Shown here one piece after another: positions 1 through 13,189 of a DNA stretch of 64,000 nucleotides. A model generated the notes under the pieces. The model worked only from the letters and a program-made list of their open reading frames with translations, was not told the origin of the DNA and ran no database searches. The stretch spans positions 32,428,001 to 32,492,000 of the forward strand of contig NC_086109.1 in assembly GCF_963921235.1 (NCBI RefSeq), written 5' to 3'. Every line of letters starts with the position of its first letter. Position 1 is the stretch's first letter. Source of the stretch: Mobula hypostoma (Eukaryota). A program made the position numbers and the translations under genes.

Positions 1-929
1 AGTCAATTTTATAAAATACAGTAGAATAAAAGTTTTTCTTTGCAAGATGCATGTAAAAGGCCTGCATTGTAACACTAATAACCAAGGCTTTGCATAGGGT
101 ATATTTTCACTGCCAGGATGTTTCTAGTCATGCCCAGATCCTAAAAGTGAATTTTAAAATATGCTTCCCCTCCTTTGTTTGCATCTTATACAACTTCATT
201 CCACTCTTCACAAACCAAAAATGGCTGCCAACTCTTCCACCTTTCTCATTGGATAAATGGAACATTACTCAGTGTCTATTTTGACTTCTACCATGCTGAT
301 GATTTAGTTTGTATATTATTTTAAAGAAAATTAAATTTTAATATTGATCAAATTGATACCCAACATCAATCAATCCATCTATTTTATTTTCTTTCCTCTC
401 AATGTCTTTGAAGGAATTTCCCCAGACTTCAGTTATCTATTCTTAAACCACCCTTGATTAAATCCACAGATCTGTTCCTCGTCCATCAATGCTAGATGAT
501 CTACAAAGTGATCTCTTAACATTCTTTTTACTTTTACATCTTCAAATTTCAGATGGTCCTTTGATACCTTTCCAGGAAGAATGCTGAACAATGTGGGGGA
601 AGGTGAACAGATAGATATGATATCTGAAGTTCGAAGTCCTCACTCCATGTGAGACAGGCTGTGAGTACACAGACTCTAACCTTTTGCATGGCATGGTTAC
701 TTAAAATATCCTCTAACCTAGGCTGACTGAATACATACGGACATGGTGTAGTCCAAAGTGAGACTCGGAGCTGCAAAGGCTTCAGCCCTTTAAACACTTT
801 TTTCTCATCTCTTCCATTAAAAGGATTTTTAGAAGGCATTTGATAAAATCACACAAAAGGCAGATTAGTTGGATTAAGGTTGATGGAATTGTTTTAATTT
901 TCCAATTTGAGATAGGAGCAACATAAGAG

Positions 930-1250
930 CAGCACGATATTGTAGTGGTTAGTGCAGTCGCTTTACAGTGCCACTGATGGGGATTTGATGCTTTCTGCTG
1001 TCTGTAAAGTCTGTACATTTTCCCCGTGACCATCTGGTTTTGCTCCGGGTGCTCCAGTTTCCTCAAACGATGGATGGATGGACGGACGGACGGACGGGTG
1101 GGTGGGTGGGTGGGTGGATGGAGTTGGAAGCATGGCAACACCCGCCCATGTGCCCCCAGCATATTGCAAACCATGATGCAAAGGACACATTTTACTGTAT
1201 GTTTTAATGTATGTGTGACAAATAAATCTAATCATTCTTTCAGTCTTTAA
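930..1250 (+). mobile_element. tRNA-derived V-SINE-like element with LINE-type tail
   Basis: tRNA-like head (gtagtggttagtgcagtcgctttacag), V-domain-like ttttccccgtgacc...ctccgggtgctccagtttcctc, tail gtgacaaataaatctaatc. Confidence 0.6.
1068..1121. repeat. Compound tetranucleotide microsatellite (GGAT)n(GGAC)n(GGGT)n
   Basis: Directly visible. Explains the P-T-H-P/P-S-V-R repeat ORFs at 782-1250. Confidence 0.9.
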
Positions 1251-3614
1251 GATCAGCCATGACTCTCTTGAATTGCAAAACAGGTCAGGTAGGCGATCTG
1301 GTCTATGAGCCTGCTTTGCTATTCATGTAGATCATGGCTGATCTTCCTCAGCATGTTCCTGCTCTACCTCTAGATTTCTTATTATGCATATACCTATTGA
1401 CTTCTCCTTTGAATGAATTCAATAACTGAATCTGGGAGCCATCTGAGACTGAAAAGTTCACCACTCTGAGTGAAACGATTTCTTATCTCAGTTCAAAACA
1501 GTATACCCCGTATCCAGAGACTATGGCCTTGATTCTAGAACCTTTAGCTGGGGAAACATCATCCCTCCATCCAGCTGGTGAAACAGAATAAGAGTTAAGT
1601 TTAAACAAGATCACTTTTCATTCTTCTGATGTCCAGGGCTTGGTGGCCCTGGATAAACACCAAGATTGCAATCTCTCTCTCCCTTACTCTCTCTGAAACC
1701 AGCCAAATGACTTTTCATTATGCTCTCTCTCTGGGTTAAGTTCATCTCTTTTTTTTTAGAGCAAAAGCAAAACTATATACAAAATCACAGATTCCGTCTC
1801 ACCATGGCCCAAAACCATGGTCACAAGCAATCATTAAGCCTATACTCAAATTCTTCCAGGATTGTTCAGTCTTAATTCCATCTCTTGCTGGACTTGTCTG
1901 TCGGGTTTATCGGCTTGTATACATAAATACCATTAAAAAATGATCCAATTGCACACTGTTTTTCTGTTTTGTGCACCTAAGTGGATAACTGTACATTCAT
2001 GCATTTATATTTTAATCTAGGGTCTATTGTATTATCTTTTAACGAAGATGAGTAAAACTAGGAGAGATTGATCTAGAGCAAAAGGCTAAGAGATTTAGAG
2101 GGAATTCCCATCCAGAGAATGGCCAGTGCCTCGGATATCCTCCCAGAGAGAATAGTGGAAACAGTTCCAAACAACAGTCAAGAGATTCTATGATGCAGAG
2201 AAGGATTACTTGCCTGGATTTCAGGATGAATGGGTTAAAATATGAAGAAAGGTTGATCAGATTTGGCCCATATTTATGAGATTAGAAAAACAAGAAGTGA
2301 TCTTACTGAAGCTAAATAGATTATGAAGGGCACCAATGGGATGGATGCCAAGGAATTGTTCCCTTACAGGGAGTATTTTGAATAATCTTGAACAATGAAA
2401 TGGACTCAGCCTCACAATCTACCTCATTATGTTCTTGCACTTTTCTATTTACCTGCACTGTACTTTTTCAGTAGCCTTAACACTATTCTGCATTGTTAAT
2501 GCTTAATTTTATTTTGGCTCAAAGTTCAAAGTAAATTATCAAAGTACATATATGTCATTATACACAACCCTGAGATTCATTTTCTTGCAGGCATTCATAG
2601 TTTAAAAAAAACAAAATAATACATAAATGAGCAATAAACATTGAGAACATGAAATGAAGAGTCTTTGAAAGTGAGTCCATAGGCTGTGGGAATTGTTCAG
2701 TGACGGGGTGAGTGAAGTTGACTGAAGTTATCCCCTCTGGATCAAGAGCCTGATGGTTGAGGGGTTATAATTGTTCCTGAACCTGGTGGTATAGGTCCTA
2801 AGGCTCCAGTACCTCATTCCTGAATGCACTATGTAATGATTTGATCTGTATAAAAGTATGCAAGACAAGCTTTTCACTGTATCTTGACCTGAGTGACAAT
2901 AATAAATCAATATCAATCCTTTCAGAATAAATGGCCACCTATTATAGACAAAGAGCTGCAGATGATGGAACCTGCAAAGGATGGAGATGTATGGAACCAG
3001 GTGATGGAGTGATGATGGGCAGATGGGAACAATGGAAAGAAGTGTAGGGGACTCAGTGGGTTGAGTGTGTGGATGATATGTAGATTGGACCCAGTGGAGG
3101 GAAGGGAAAGAAACCGGATAACAAAGGGTTAGGGAAGAGAAAGGAACAAGTTACCAGAAATTGAGAATTCAATTTGATGTCATTTGTTGTGCAATACCCA
3201 GTTGGAATAGAAGTGATCCATATGGTCAGCTACAATAAGTATTATGCCTGGACTTTTCTACTTGTCGACTAATTAAGAATTATAGACTCTCCGATGAAAG
3301 TGCCACATTTTCGTCATCGATTTACAAATTCAACCCACATTACTTACACTGTTATTGGTTACACCGCTTACACATATTTTCACTTTTGCAGGCCTTGTGC
3401 ACAAGTCTTGTCAATGCAATCCAGATGACCACATTTTGTTCCCTGAAACCAAATTCTTTCTTATATTATATATTCAGCTGCAAAGAACTGAAAAGTCAAC
3501 AACATGGATAGGCAATTTGCCTAAAGGTAAAAACTAAAAGCAAAACATTTTTCCCTGACTGCAACAGTGTTCTCATGGGTTTGTCTTTAAAAATAATTAT
3601 TATATTTATAGCTT

Positions 3615-4550
3615 AGAGATGCCTATGCAGGATATTTTCTAAATTTGTGGATGACACAGTGGCAGGAAATGTGGTAAACAATTATAAGCCTAGTAATGGA
3701 CTGCATGATATACAGAAAACTAGCAGAATGGGCAGATAGGTGAAAGGTCAAATTTAATGCAGAGAGGTATGAAGTGATGCACTTTGGTAAAGTGAACAAT
3801 GAAAGAAATATAAACTGAAAGGCACAGTGTGCAGGAGCAGAAAGATCTGGACCATATGCTGATTGCAGAGATTCACACACTGCTTGGGGATTAAGACCGT
3901 AAAACATGGGAGCAGAATGAGGACATTTGCCCCATCAAGTTTGCTCTGCCATTTCATCATGGCTGATCCATTTTCCTCTCAGACACAATCTCTTGCCTTC
4001 CACCTGTATCCCTTCATGCCCTGACCAATCAAGAATCTATCAACTTCCGCCTTAAATATAGATAAAGACTCGGACTCCACAGCTGACTGTGGCAAAGAAT
4101 TCCAGATTCACCACTCTCTAGCTAAAGAAATTCCTCATCTCCATTCTAAAAGGATGCCCCTCTATTCTGAGGCTGTGTCGGATGATTAGATTCTGAGGAC
4201 TCTCCCATTATAGGAAACATCCTCTCCACATCCACTCTATCAAGGCCTTTCACCATTCACAAATTTCAATTAGGTCACCCCTCATTCTTCTGATTTGAAG
4301 TGAATACAGGCCCAGAGCTGTCAAGTGCTTTTCTTATGACAAGCTGTTCAATCCTGAAATCATTTTAGTGAACTTCCTATGAATGCCCTCCAGTTTCAGC
4401 ATGTCCTTTCTAAGTTAAGGGGCCGAAACCTGCTCACAATACTCCAAGTGGGACCTCAGCAATGCTTTATAGTCTCAAAATTACATCCCTGCTTTTGTAT
4501 TCTAGTGCTCTTGAAATGAATCACAACATCGCATTTGCCTTCTGGATTGG
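3615..4550. mobile_element. Two CR1 LINE fragments in opposite orientation (plus ~3615-3890; minus 3' end ~3890-4550)
   Basis: KFVDDT and W..KFNAERYEVMHFG motifs on plus; reverse complement of the CR1 3' end seen at 11440-11810. Confidence 0.7.
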
Positions 4551-4639
4551 GACACTGCTTTCAGATCGGGGGACAGGACGACTCCAAGGTCAGCATAAGC
4601 CATTCTCTCCCATGCCACCAGGAAGACAAAGTGTGAGTA

Positions 4640-5450
4640 CGCACAGAAAATACACAGACACCTCTGTGACACACAACATGTGGCGAGGTATTCAAACCTT
4701 AACCAACACAAATCCACCTTGTGTGTCAATGACAGCATTGCCTTCCTTCGATAGGCTGAATACCTTCTATGCACAATTTGATGCAATGTCACATCATTCA
4801 TCGAGAAAAGCCCCCTTGCCGCCTGAAGAATAGGCACTGACTGGCCGAAATGGCGTTGAGAAGGATCCTAGCTGGGTAAATCCACGCACAGCTGCAGGGC
4901 TGATCCACATAACAGGTCAGGTGCTGAGGAATTCTGCAGCGCAGGTAACAGAGGTCCTAACAGACATACCTGTTTGAAACATTCCATTGTCCCTGCAAGC
5001 TTCAGTCGGCAATCATCATTCTGGTATCCAAGAGACTGACGGTAACTGGCCTAAATGATTACCGCCCAGTGGGACCGACTTCAACAATCATGGAGTGCTT
5101 TGAGCAGCAGGTAACAGATCCCACCTTCCAACTACATTACCCTTTCCAATTTACCTACTTTCGAACTGGTCCACTAATGATGCCACTCTCGGCCCTCCAC
5201 TCCGCCCTGCCCCACATAGATAACAGTGTCTCATACACCAGGATGTTGTTCATCAACTTCAGGTTGGTGACTAACATGATCCTTCAGAGGCTGGTAGGTT
5301 AGCTCTCCTCTCCTTGTCGGGACTCAACACTCCTTTCTGTAACTTGATCTTGGACTTCTTGATGGAAAGACTTCAGTCAGTCTGAGTTGGAAACAACATC
5401 TCAAGCTTCATGACACTAAGCACTGGTGTCCCCCAGGGCTGTGTACTCAG
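4640..5450 (+). mobile_element. Degraded Rex1/Babar-type LINE reverse-transcriptase fragment
   Basis: MWRGIQTLTN, LNTFYAQF, LNDYRPV, RMLFINF and GVPQGCVLS motifs with frameshifts. Confidence 0.75.
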
Positions 5451-6130
5451 CACTGTTTCCTCTAAGCTCCATGGTTGCACAACCACTCAGTAACTGAAAT
5501 GTTTCTGTGCACATAGCTAATTCCAGCTACGCAGCAAGAATGACTGATGTCACAGAATACGATGTTGCGTCATTTAGACCACTAAACAAAGATGCCTGTC
5601 AAGATATTTTGCTATTACTGCTTTAACGAGGAATTAAAGTTTTATCCAGTATTGCAAACCGAAAGTTAATGAATGTAACAATCCAATCAGCAACTACAGC
5701 TTGAAGACATTAAACAATCCTTAATGATGTTTTAGAAGATATAGCATCTCTTTGTAACTTCTTTCTTAAAAGTTTTTGAAGACAATTGAAGCACCGCAGT
5801 ATTTAAAAAATTAACAAGTTATGGTCACAGTATCTTGGTGACAGCATTCATTGGAGTTAAAAAATGAAAGATCTGCTTGCACTTATACATTCAGATGTCA
5901 ATACTGCACCAATTATTCGGTTCATTCAACGTGCGTGTAATCACCTAGATAAGAGATTTCCTAATGAGTTAAGAGAATAACAAGCTTTGAACCCTGTTGC
6001 TATTGCAAACACATAACCAATTTTGAATTTGGAAAAGAGAATGCTGTACGACTGAAATAAAAAACCTCGGCTACTATTGTGAACTATGAGGAAAGCATTG
6101 CCTCAAAAATATTGCAACAAAACTGAGTAC
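5451..6130 (+). mobile_element. Possible hAT transposon remnant
   Basis: Abrupt start cactgtttcctctaag that truncates the LINE. Decayed coding-like FIQRACNHLDKRFPNEL resembles ZNF862-like hAT transposases. No second TIR found. Confidence 0.35.
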
Positions 6131-7836
6131 ATAACACATTGATTTGTGGCAGTTTGGTGTTTTTGACAGCAACCAATCAGTGATTGAGTTGATTGGCAAG
6201 AACAAATAAAATTAAGGCAGGGCGAGCAGAGTGGCCATTACTGAGTGAACAGCTTCTTCCCCTCCACTATCAGATTTCTGAATGGACAACGAACCCATGA
6301 ACTTTTATCCTCTCCTTTTATACTACTTAATTTCTAATGTATAGTGCTTACTGTAATTTATACATTTTTAATATTATGTATTGCAATGTGCTGATGCAGC
6401 AAAACAATCTCACAACATATGCTAATGATATTAAACCCGAGTCTGATAAATGACACCTCATAGTATAATCCAACAACTGAGTTTGCTAATGGATATCCCG
6501 AAACTCACAAAGTCAGATAGCAGCTGCAAAGAGGAAAACAATGATATTTCATTTCAATGGCCTTTTGTTAGTTCTGAGGTGATGTTGGTGCCTGGGGATG
6601 AATCACAGTAGAAATAGATTTACTAGTGATATTCTATACAGTTCGATGATCTGGCTGCCGTATTTTATAAATGTCATGGTGTATGGGGTAGGATACAAGA
6701 CAACAGACTGTGTCCATGCGCAAAGGTCCATTTGCAATCAGCCAGGCAATTAGCAGAGGACTTAAGACAAATATACGATACTGTTGATGAAGAAACAAGC
6801 ACATGGATTAGAACATATGTGGTTACAGCAGACTTCTGAGTCTCTGAACAGGTTAATAGAAATTTCACATGTGTCAACAAAATAAATAACAGTGACATGA
6901 AATAGAGAATTATGTAATGATGAATCATGAGGAAGTGAAGTTGAAAATCTTTCCGGGCTTGTCTAGACTGCACTTTGGTCTTTGTATTGTAGAAGTGACA
7001 GAGCTATTGTAGTGAATACAGGGCAGCATTTGTGAAGCTGATTGTAGAGCTTACAGTCCAACATGAAAAACTGCCTACTTTAAAACTTGGTTCACTTGAG
7101 AAAATGAAGAAAAGACTGCACAAGAGGTCTTAGATATTCATGGTTGTGAATAAATTAGATTCATCAAACTTCGGATTGGAAAAGGAAAACAGCAAATTTA
7201 CTCAACACTTTTTAAACAAGAGGACAACAAAATGGTGGATCTGGTTGTAGTGTGGAAAGAGAGCATGGATCTAATTATGAGAAAAGCACAAAACAGTTGA
7301 AACCAGGATAAGGAAAATGGGTCTAATTCTAAAAAGCGTCTTACTCAAACAAAGGGGGAGTTTGATAGAGAGGTTAGATAAATCAACTATCTTCTCAACA
7401 AGTGACTACTTGCTGGTGGCCAATGGAACAAAGAAAATAATTAAATATTTTGCTATTCATACTTTTTCTGGTAAATGATCACTGCAAACTGTGGCCTGTG
7501 GCTTCCCTGTCGGAGTTGAGCTTTTCAATCACCTGTACAACCCGGAACTTTTGCTGTGTGGGTTGGAGTCTTGGAGGGGCAGGACAGTCGAGCATTGTCT
7601 GGGCCAGCGTTGCTAGAGTCAACTTGGAGGAAATTCGATGCGGCAGAGCAGAGGTGAGGCCGAGTTGAGACCAGTAAGTGTGAGGAACGACCCGAGGTCT
7701 GATCGATTTAAGCCGAATTGGAAAGGTTGGATACTGGCCGACTTGAGCCAGTGCAGCCCAAGTGGAGCAGAGCTCAAAGCCAAGAGCAAGGAATGACCCA
7801 ACATTTGAATGATTTGAGCGCCAGGCCAGATTGGAA

Positions 7837-10800
7837 TGAAAAGCAATGAGGTCCTGAAAAGAGAATTTAGACAGCTAGGTAGAAAGCTGAGAAGCAGGAC
7901 CTCCTGGGTAGTAATTTCTGGATCACTGCCTGTGCCATGCACCAGAGGGTAGAAACAGGATGATTTAGCAGATAAATGCATGGCTAAGAAGCTGGTGCAG
8001 GGGACAGGGCTTCAGGTTCTTGGATAATTGGGATCTTTTCGGGGGGAGCTATGACCTGTTCAAAAGTGACAGGTTGCACCTGAACACGAGGGGGACCAAT
8101 ATTCTCGCAGGTAGGTTTGTTAGAGCTGTTGGGGAGGATTTAAATTAATTTAGCGGGGGGGAGCGGGTGTGGGAACCAGAGTGAAGGGACTCAGGTTAGG
8201 ACATGGTAGAGAAAAAAAGTAAAGATAGCATGCAGTCAGACTGCCAGGAAGGGCAGGCAGGTGATGGGATTTAGTTGCAGCCAACAGGCTGAGTATCAAT
8301 CATTAAGGATGCAGAGTCAGAAAGGACAGCAAAAATGCTGCTTAAGGTGTTGTATCTAAATGTGCGTAGTACAAGAAATAAGGTGGGTGATTTTGCTGCA
8401 ATATTGCAGATTGCCAGGTATGATGTTGTGGCCATCACTGAATTGTGGCTGAAAGATGGTTGTAGTTGGGAGCTAAATGAGCAAGGTTACACATTATATT
8501 GGAGGGATAGGAAGGTAGGCAGAAAGGATGGTGTGGCTTTACTGGTAAAGAATAGCATCAAATCAGTATAAAGATGTGACATAGGATCAGAAGATGTTGA
8601 ATCCTTTTGGGTTGAGTTAAGAAACCGCAAAGGTAAAAGGACATTGATGGCAATGATATACTGGCCTCCCAACAGTGGCTGGGAGGTGACCAAAGGTTAC
8701 AACAGGAAATAGAAAAGGCGAGTCAAAAGGGCAATGTTATGGTAGTCATGAGAGATTTTAACGTGTAGTTCGATTGGGAAAATCAGGTTAGTAATGGATC
8801 TCAAGAGAGTGAGTTTGTTGAATGCCTAAGAGGCAGTTTTAGAGCACTTTGTCGTTGAGCCTACTAGGAGATCAGCTATACTGGATTGGGTGTTATGTAA
8901 TGAACCAGAGGCGATTAGGGAACTTAAGATACAAGAAACCTTAGCAACCAATGATCACAATATGATTGAGTTCAACTTGAGATTTGATAGAGAGAAAGTA
9001 AAGTCTGATGCAGCAGTATTTCAGTGGAGTAAGGGAAATTACAGTGGTATGAGAGAGGAGTTGGCCAAAGTAAATTGGAAAAAGCTGCTGGCAGGGATGT
9101 CAGCAAAGCAGCAATGGTATGCGTTTCTGGGAAAAATGAGGAAGGTGCAGTACATGTGTATTCCAAAACTGAAGAAATGCTGAAATGGTAAAATAGTACA
9201 CCGTGGCTGACAAGGCAAGTCAAAGCTACTGTAAAAGCAAAAGAAAGGGCATACAACAAAGCAAAAATTAGTTGGAAGATAGAGGATTGGGAAGTTTTTA
9301 ATAACTTGAGAGCAACTAAAAAATTATTAGAAGAGAAAAGATGAAATTTGAAAGCAAGCTAGCAAATAATATCAAAGTGGACAGTAAAAGTTTTTTCAAG
9401 TATGTTAAAAATAAAAGAGAAATGAGAGTGGATATAGGACTGCAAGAAAATGAGGCAAGAGAAATAATAACAGGGGACAAGGAGATGGCTGATGAACTAA
9501 ATGAGTATTTCGCATCAGTCTTCACTGTGGAAGACACTAGCAGTATGCCTGATCTTGTAGTGTGTGAAGGAAGAGAAGTGGGTGCAGTTACTATTACAAG
9601 AGAGAAGGTGCTCAAAAAGCTGAAAGACCTAAAGGTACATAAGTTACTCGGAACAGAGGAACTGCACCCTAGGATTCTGAAAGAGGTAGCATTAGAGATT
9701 GTGGTGGCATTAGAAATGATCTTTCAAAAATCATTGGAATCTGGCATGGTGCCAGAGGACTGGAAAATTGCAAATGTCACTCTACTCTGTAAGAAAGGAG
9801 GAAGGCAGCGGAAAGGAAATTATAGACCAGTTAGCCTGAGCTCAGTGGTTGGGAAAATGTTAGAGTCAATTGTTAAGGATGAGGCGATGGAGTACTTGGT
9901 GACACAGGACAAGGTAGTACAAAGTCAGCATGATTTCCTTCAGGGAAAATCCTGCCTTGCGAACCTGTTGGAATTCTTTGAGAGATTACAAGCAGGATAA
10001 AGGGGATGTAGTGGATGTTGTATACTTGGACTTTCATAGGGCCTTTGACAAGGTGCCACACATGAGACTGCTTTTTAAGATAAGAGCCCATACTATTACA
10101 GGAAAGTTACTGATGTGGTTTGAGCATTGGCTGATCAGTAAGAGGCAGTGAAAGGGAATAAAAGGATCCTTTTCTGGTTGGCTGCCAGTGACTAGTGGTG
10201 TTCCGTAGGGGTCAGTGTTGGGACCACTTCTTTTTATGCCGTACATAAATGATTTAGATGGAGTAGATGGCTTTGTTGCCAAGTTTGCAGATGATACGAA
10301 GATTGGTGGAGAAGTAGGTAGTGCTGAAGAAACAGGTAGAAGCAGAGGGACTCAGACAGATTAGGAGAATGGACAAGAAAGTGGCAAATGAAATACATGT
10401 GGAAAATGCATGGTCATGCACTTTGGTAGTAGAAATAAATGTACAGACTATTTTTTAAATGGGGAGAAAATCCAAAAATCTGAGATACAGAGGGACTTGG
10501 GAGTCCTTGTGCAGAACACCCTGAAAGTTAACTTGCAGGTTGAGTCAGTGGTGAGGAAAACAAATACCATGTTAGCATTCATTTCAAGAGGTCTAGAATA
10601 CAAGAGCAAGGATATGATGCTGAGGCTTTATAAGGCAACTGGTGAGGCCTCACCTTGAGTATTGTGAACAGTTTTTGGCCCCTCATCTTAAAAAAGATGT
10701 GTTGCCATTGGAGAGCTCCAGAAAAGGTTCACGAGGATGCTTTCAGGACTGAAGGGGTTATCATACGAGGAAGGTTTGATGGCTCTGGGTCTGTACTCAC

Positions 10801-11819
10801 TGGAATTCAGAAGGATACTTTATACTTTACTGTCACCAAACAATTGATACTAGAACGTACAATCATCACAGCGATATTTGATTCTGCGCTTCCCACTCCT
10901 TGGATTACAAATATTAAAATATTAAAAATAGTAAAAATGACTAAATATTAAAAATTTAAATTATAAATCATAAATAGAAACTAGAAAAATGGAAAGTAAG
11001 GTAGTGCAAAAAAAAAAACCGAGAGGCAGGTCTGGATATTTGGAGGGTACGACCCAGATCCGGGTCAGGATCCGTTCAGCAGTCTTATCACAGTTGGAAA
11101 GAAGCTGTTCCCAAATCTGGCCGTACAAGTCTTCAAGCTCCTGAGCCTTCTCCCAGAGGGAAGAGGGACGAAAAGTGTGTTTGCTGGGTGGGTTGTGTCC
11201 ATGATTATCCTGGCAGCACTGCTCCGACAGCGTGCGGTGTAAAGTGAGTCCACGGACGGAAGATTGGTTTGTGTGATGTGCTGCGCCATGTTCACGATCT
11301 TCTGCAGCTTCTTTCGGTCTTGGACAGGACAACTTCCATACCAGGTTGTGATGCACCCTAGAAGAATGCTTTCTACGGTGCATCTATAAAAATTAGTGAG
11401 GGTTTTAGGGGACAGGCCAAATTTCTTTAGTTTAGTGGGGATCTCATTGAAACCTTTCTAATTTTGAAAGGCCTAGACAGAGTAGATGTGGAAAGGGTGT
11501 TTCCCATGGTGGGAGAATCTAGGACAAGAGGGCACAGCCTCAGGATTGAGGGGCGCCCTTTTAAAACAGAGATGCGAAGAAAATTCTTTAGCCAAAGGGT
11601 GGTGAATTTGTTGCCACATGCAGCTGTAGAGGTCAGATCGTTGGGCGTATTTAAAGCAGAGATTGATAGGTTCTTGATTGGACATGGAATCAAAGGTTAC
11701 AGGGAGAAGACTGGGAACTGGGGTTGAGGAGGAGAAAAAAATAAATAAAGGATCAGCCATGATTGAATGGCAGAGCAGTCTTGATGGACCAGATGGCCGA
11801 ATTCTGATCCTAGGTCTCA
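7837..11819 (+). mobile_element. 5'-truncated, frameshifted CR1 LINE: ORF1 SGNH-esterase end, ORF2 APE endonuclease and reverse transcriptase, 3' tail
   Basis: ORF1 INAWLRSWCRGQGFRFLDNW...DRLHLN. APE KVLYLNVRS...DVVAITELW (8335). RT GNYRPVSLSSVVGK, YLDFHRAFDKVPH and KFADDTK. C-terminus KGLDRVDVERVFP (11464). Candidate TSD TGGAA. Confidence 0.92.
10817..11433 (-). mobile_element. Rex1/Babar-type LINE 3' fragment inserted in the CR1
   Basis: ORF 11065..11295 (THPANTLFVPLPSGRRLRSLKTCTARFGNSFFPTVIRLLN) and a TAAAGTA-type tail. It interrupts CR1 between gaattcagaaggat and ggggatctcattgaaacc. Confidence 0.85.
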
Positions 11820-13189
11820 TGGAAACGGTCAGCATGTCGAGACCAGAGACGAGGGACAGGCCAGTTCGGCTGACTGCTCTGTGGGGTTTGCTAAAATGTG
11901 CTGGACTGAGGTTGTGTTCTGCAACTCTTGGAATTCTGGAGCAACTGCATTGATGCCTACTTCATGAACTTCACTGTTTGCTTGCTTTTGTTTGCACAAC
12001 TTGTTTTTTTCTCTCTCTCTGCACACTGGGTGTTTAACAGTCTTCTTATGTTCTAATGGGTTCTATTGAGTTTCTTTGTTTTGTGGCTGCCTGTCAGAGG
12101 ATGAATCTCAAAGCTGTATAATGTATACACTGATAATAAATGTACATTGAAAACATCACAAAATGCTCAATGTTTCACTATTTCTTTTCTCATTACTTGG
12201 TTACTAAGGATAGAAATGCATCCCCAGGAATGCAAGAGAGAAAGGCCAGAGGGTATAAATTTAAGATGAGAGTAACAAAGTTTTGAAGGAGATGTGCAAA
12301 GCAAGTTGTTTTTGCCTACAGAGTGATAGGTGTCTGGAATGGGCTGTCAGGTGTGACAGTTAAAGCAGGTATACAAGAAATGTTAAAAATATGCTATGTA
12401 TTGAAGGATATGAATCGTGCGCAGGCAGAAGAGATTTAGTTTAATTTGGCATCATGTTCTGCACAGACATCATGGGCCAAAGAGCCAGTTCCTGTGCTGT
12501 ACTGTTCTATGTTGTGTGTAAAAACTGATAGTTATACTTGCTAGTTGCACTTTACACTTCCAATTTGCACAAATTTTTCAATTGACCCTGGAATGAATCC
12601 CATAATTGCATCCATCCTGGTGGATAGGCATATTCTGCAATTTAATTAAAAAAGGAGGCCAGAGTTAGATTCAGTGGTTTCTTTTTCTCAGTGACTTTCA
12701 GCTGAAGTAGCCTTCGGTTCTGATTAAAGTAAAAGAACCAAATGGTAACAAGTTACACAATCGCTTTGTTCTGTGCTGCCTTTGGCTCATTTTAAATGAT
12801 TTCTAGTGAAACCCAATAAGTAAATTAACTCTAGTTGCTGTTATTGCAACCAAACTGCACATGCGCAACTTTCTTTGCTATCTACAGTCTTTTAAAAGTC
12901 AAAAGTTGGTAATCCATAACCATATTTTTTTGTTTTTCTTCCCCTTTTCAACTTTGCCTCTTGACACTATTGGCCTTGAACCAACAAATTTCTTAAATAG
13001 TTTACAGAAATTTTAAATTCTGAATTTCCAAAGCTAATGCAGAATCATGGAAACAATATTGTAGCTTATACTTGTAACCTGTACATGACTATTAAAACAT
13101 TAGAGCATGAGCTGGGATTCAACCACCTTATGTCAAACACAAGGTATGACCTTTGACCTGTTTCGGAGGCCAGATGGCAGCTCTCAGAA

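Noticed and set aside
782..1250. Overlapping 74-130 aa ORFs
   Set aside because: Produced by a SINE plus a stop-free microsatellite; no protein homology.
9341..10000. 219-aa ORF as a functional or domesticated reverse transcriptase
   Set aside because: Fragment of a CR1 ORF2 broken by stops, frameshifts and an insertion.
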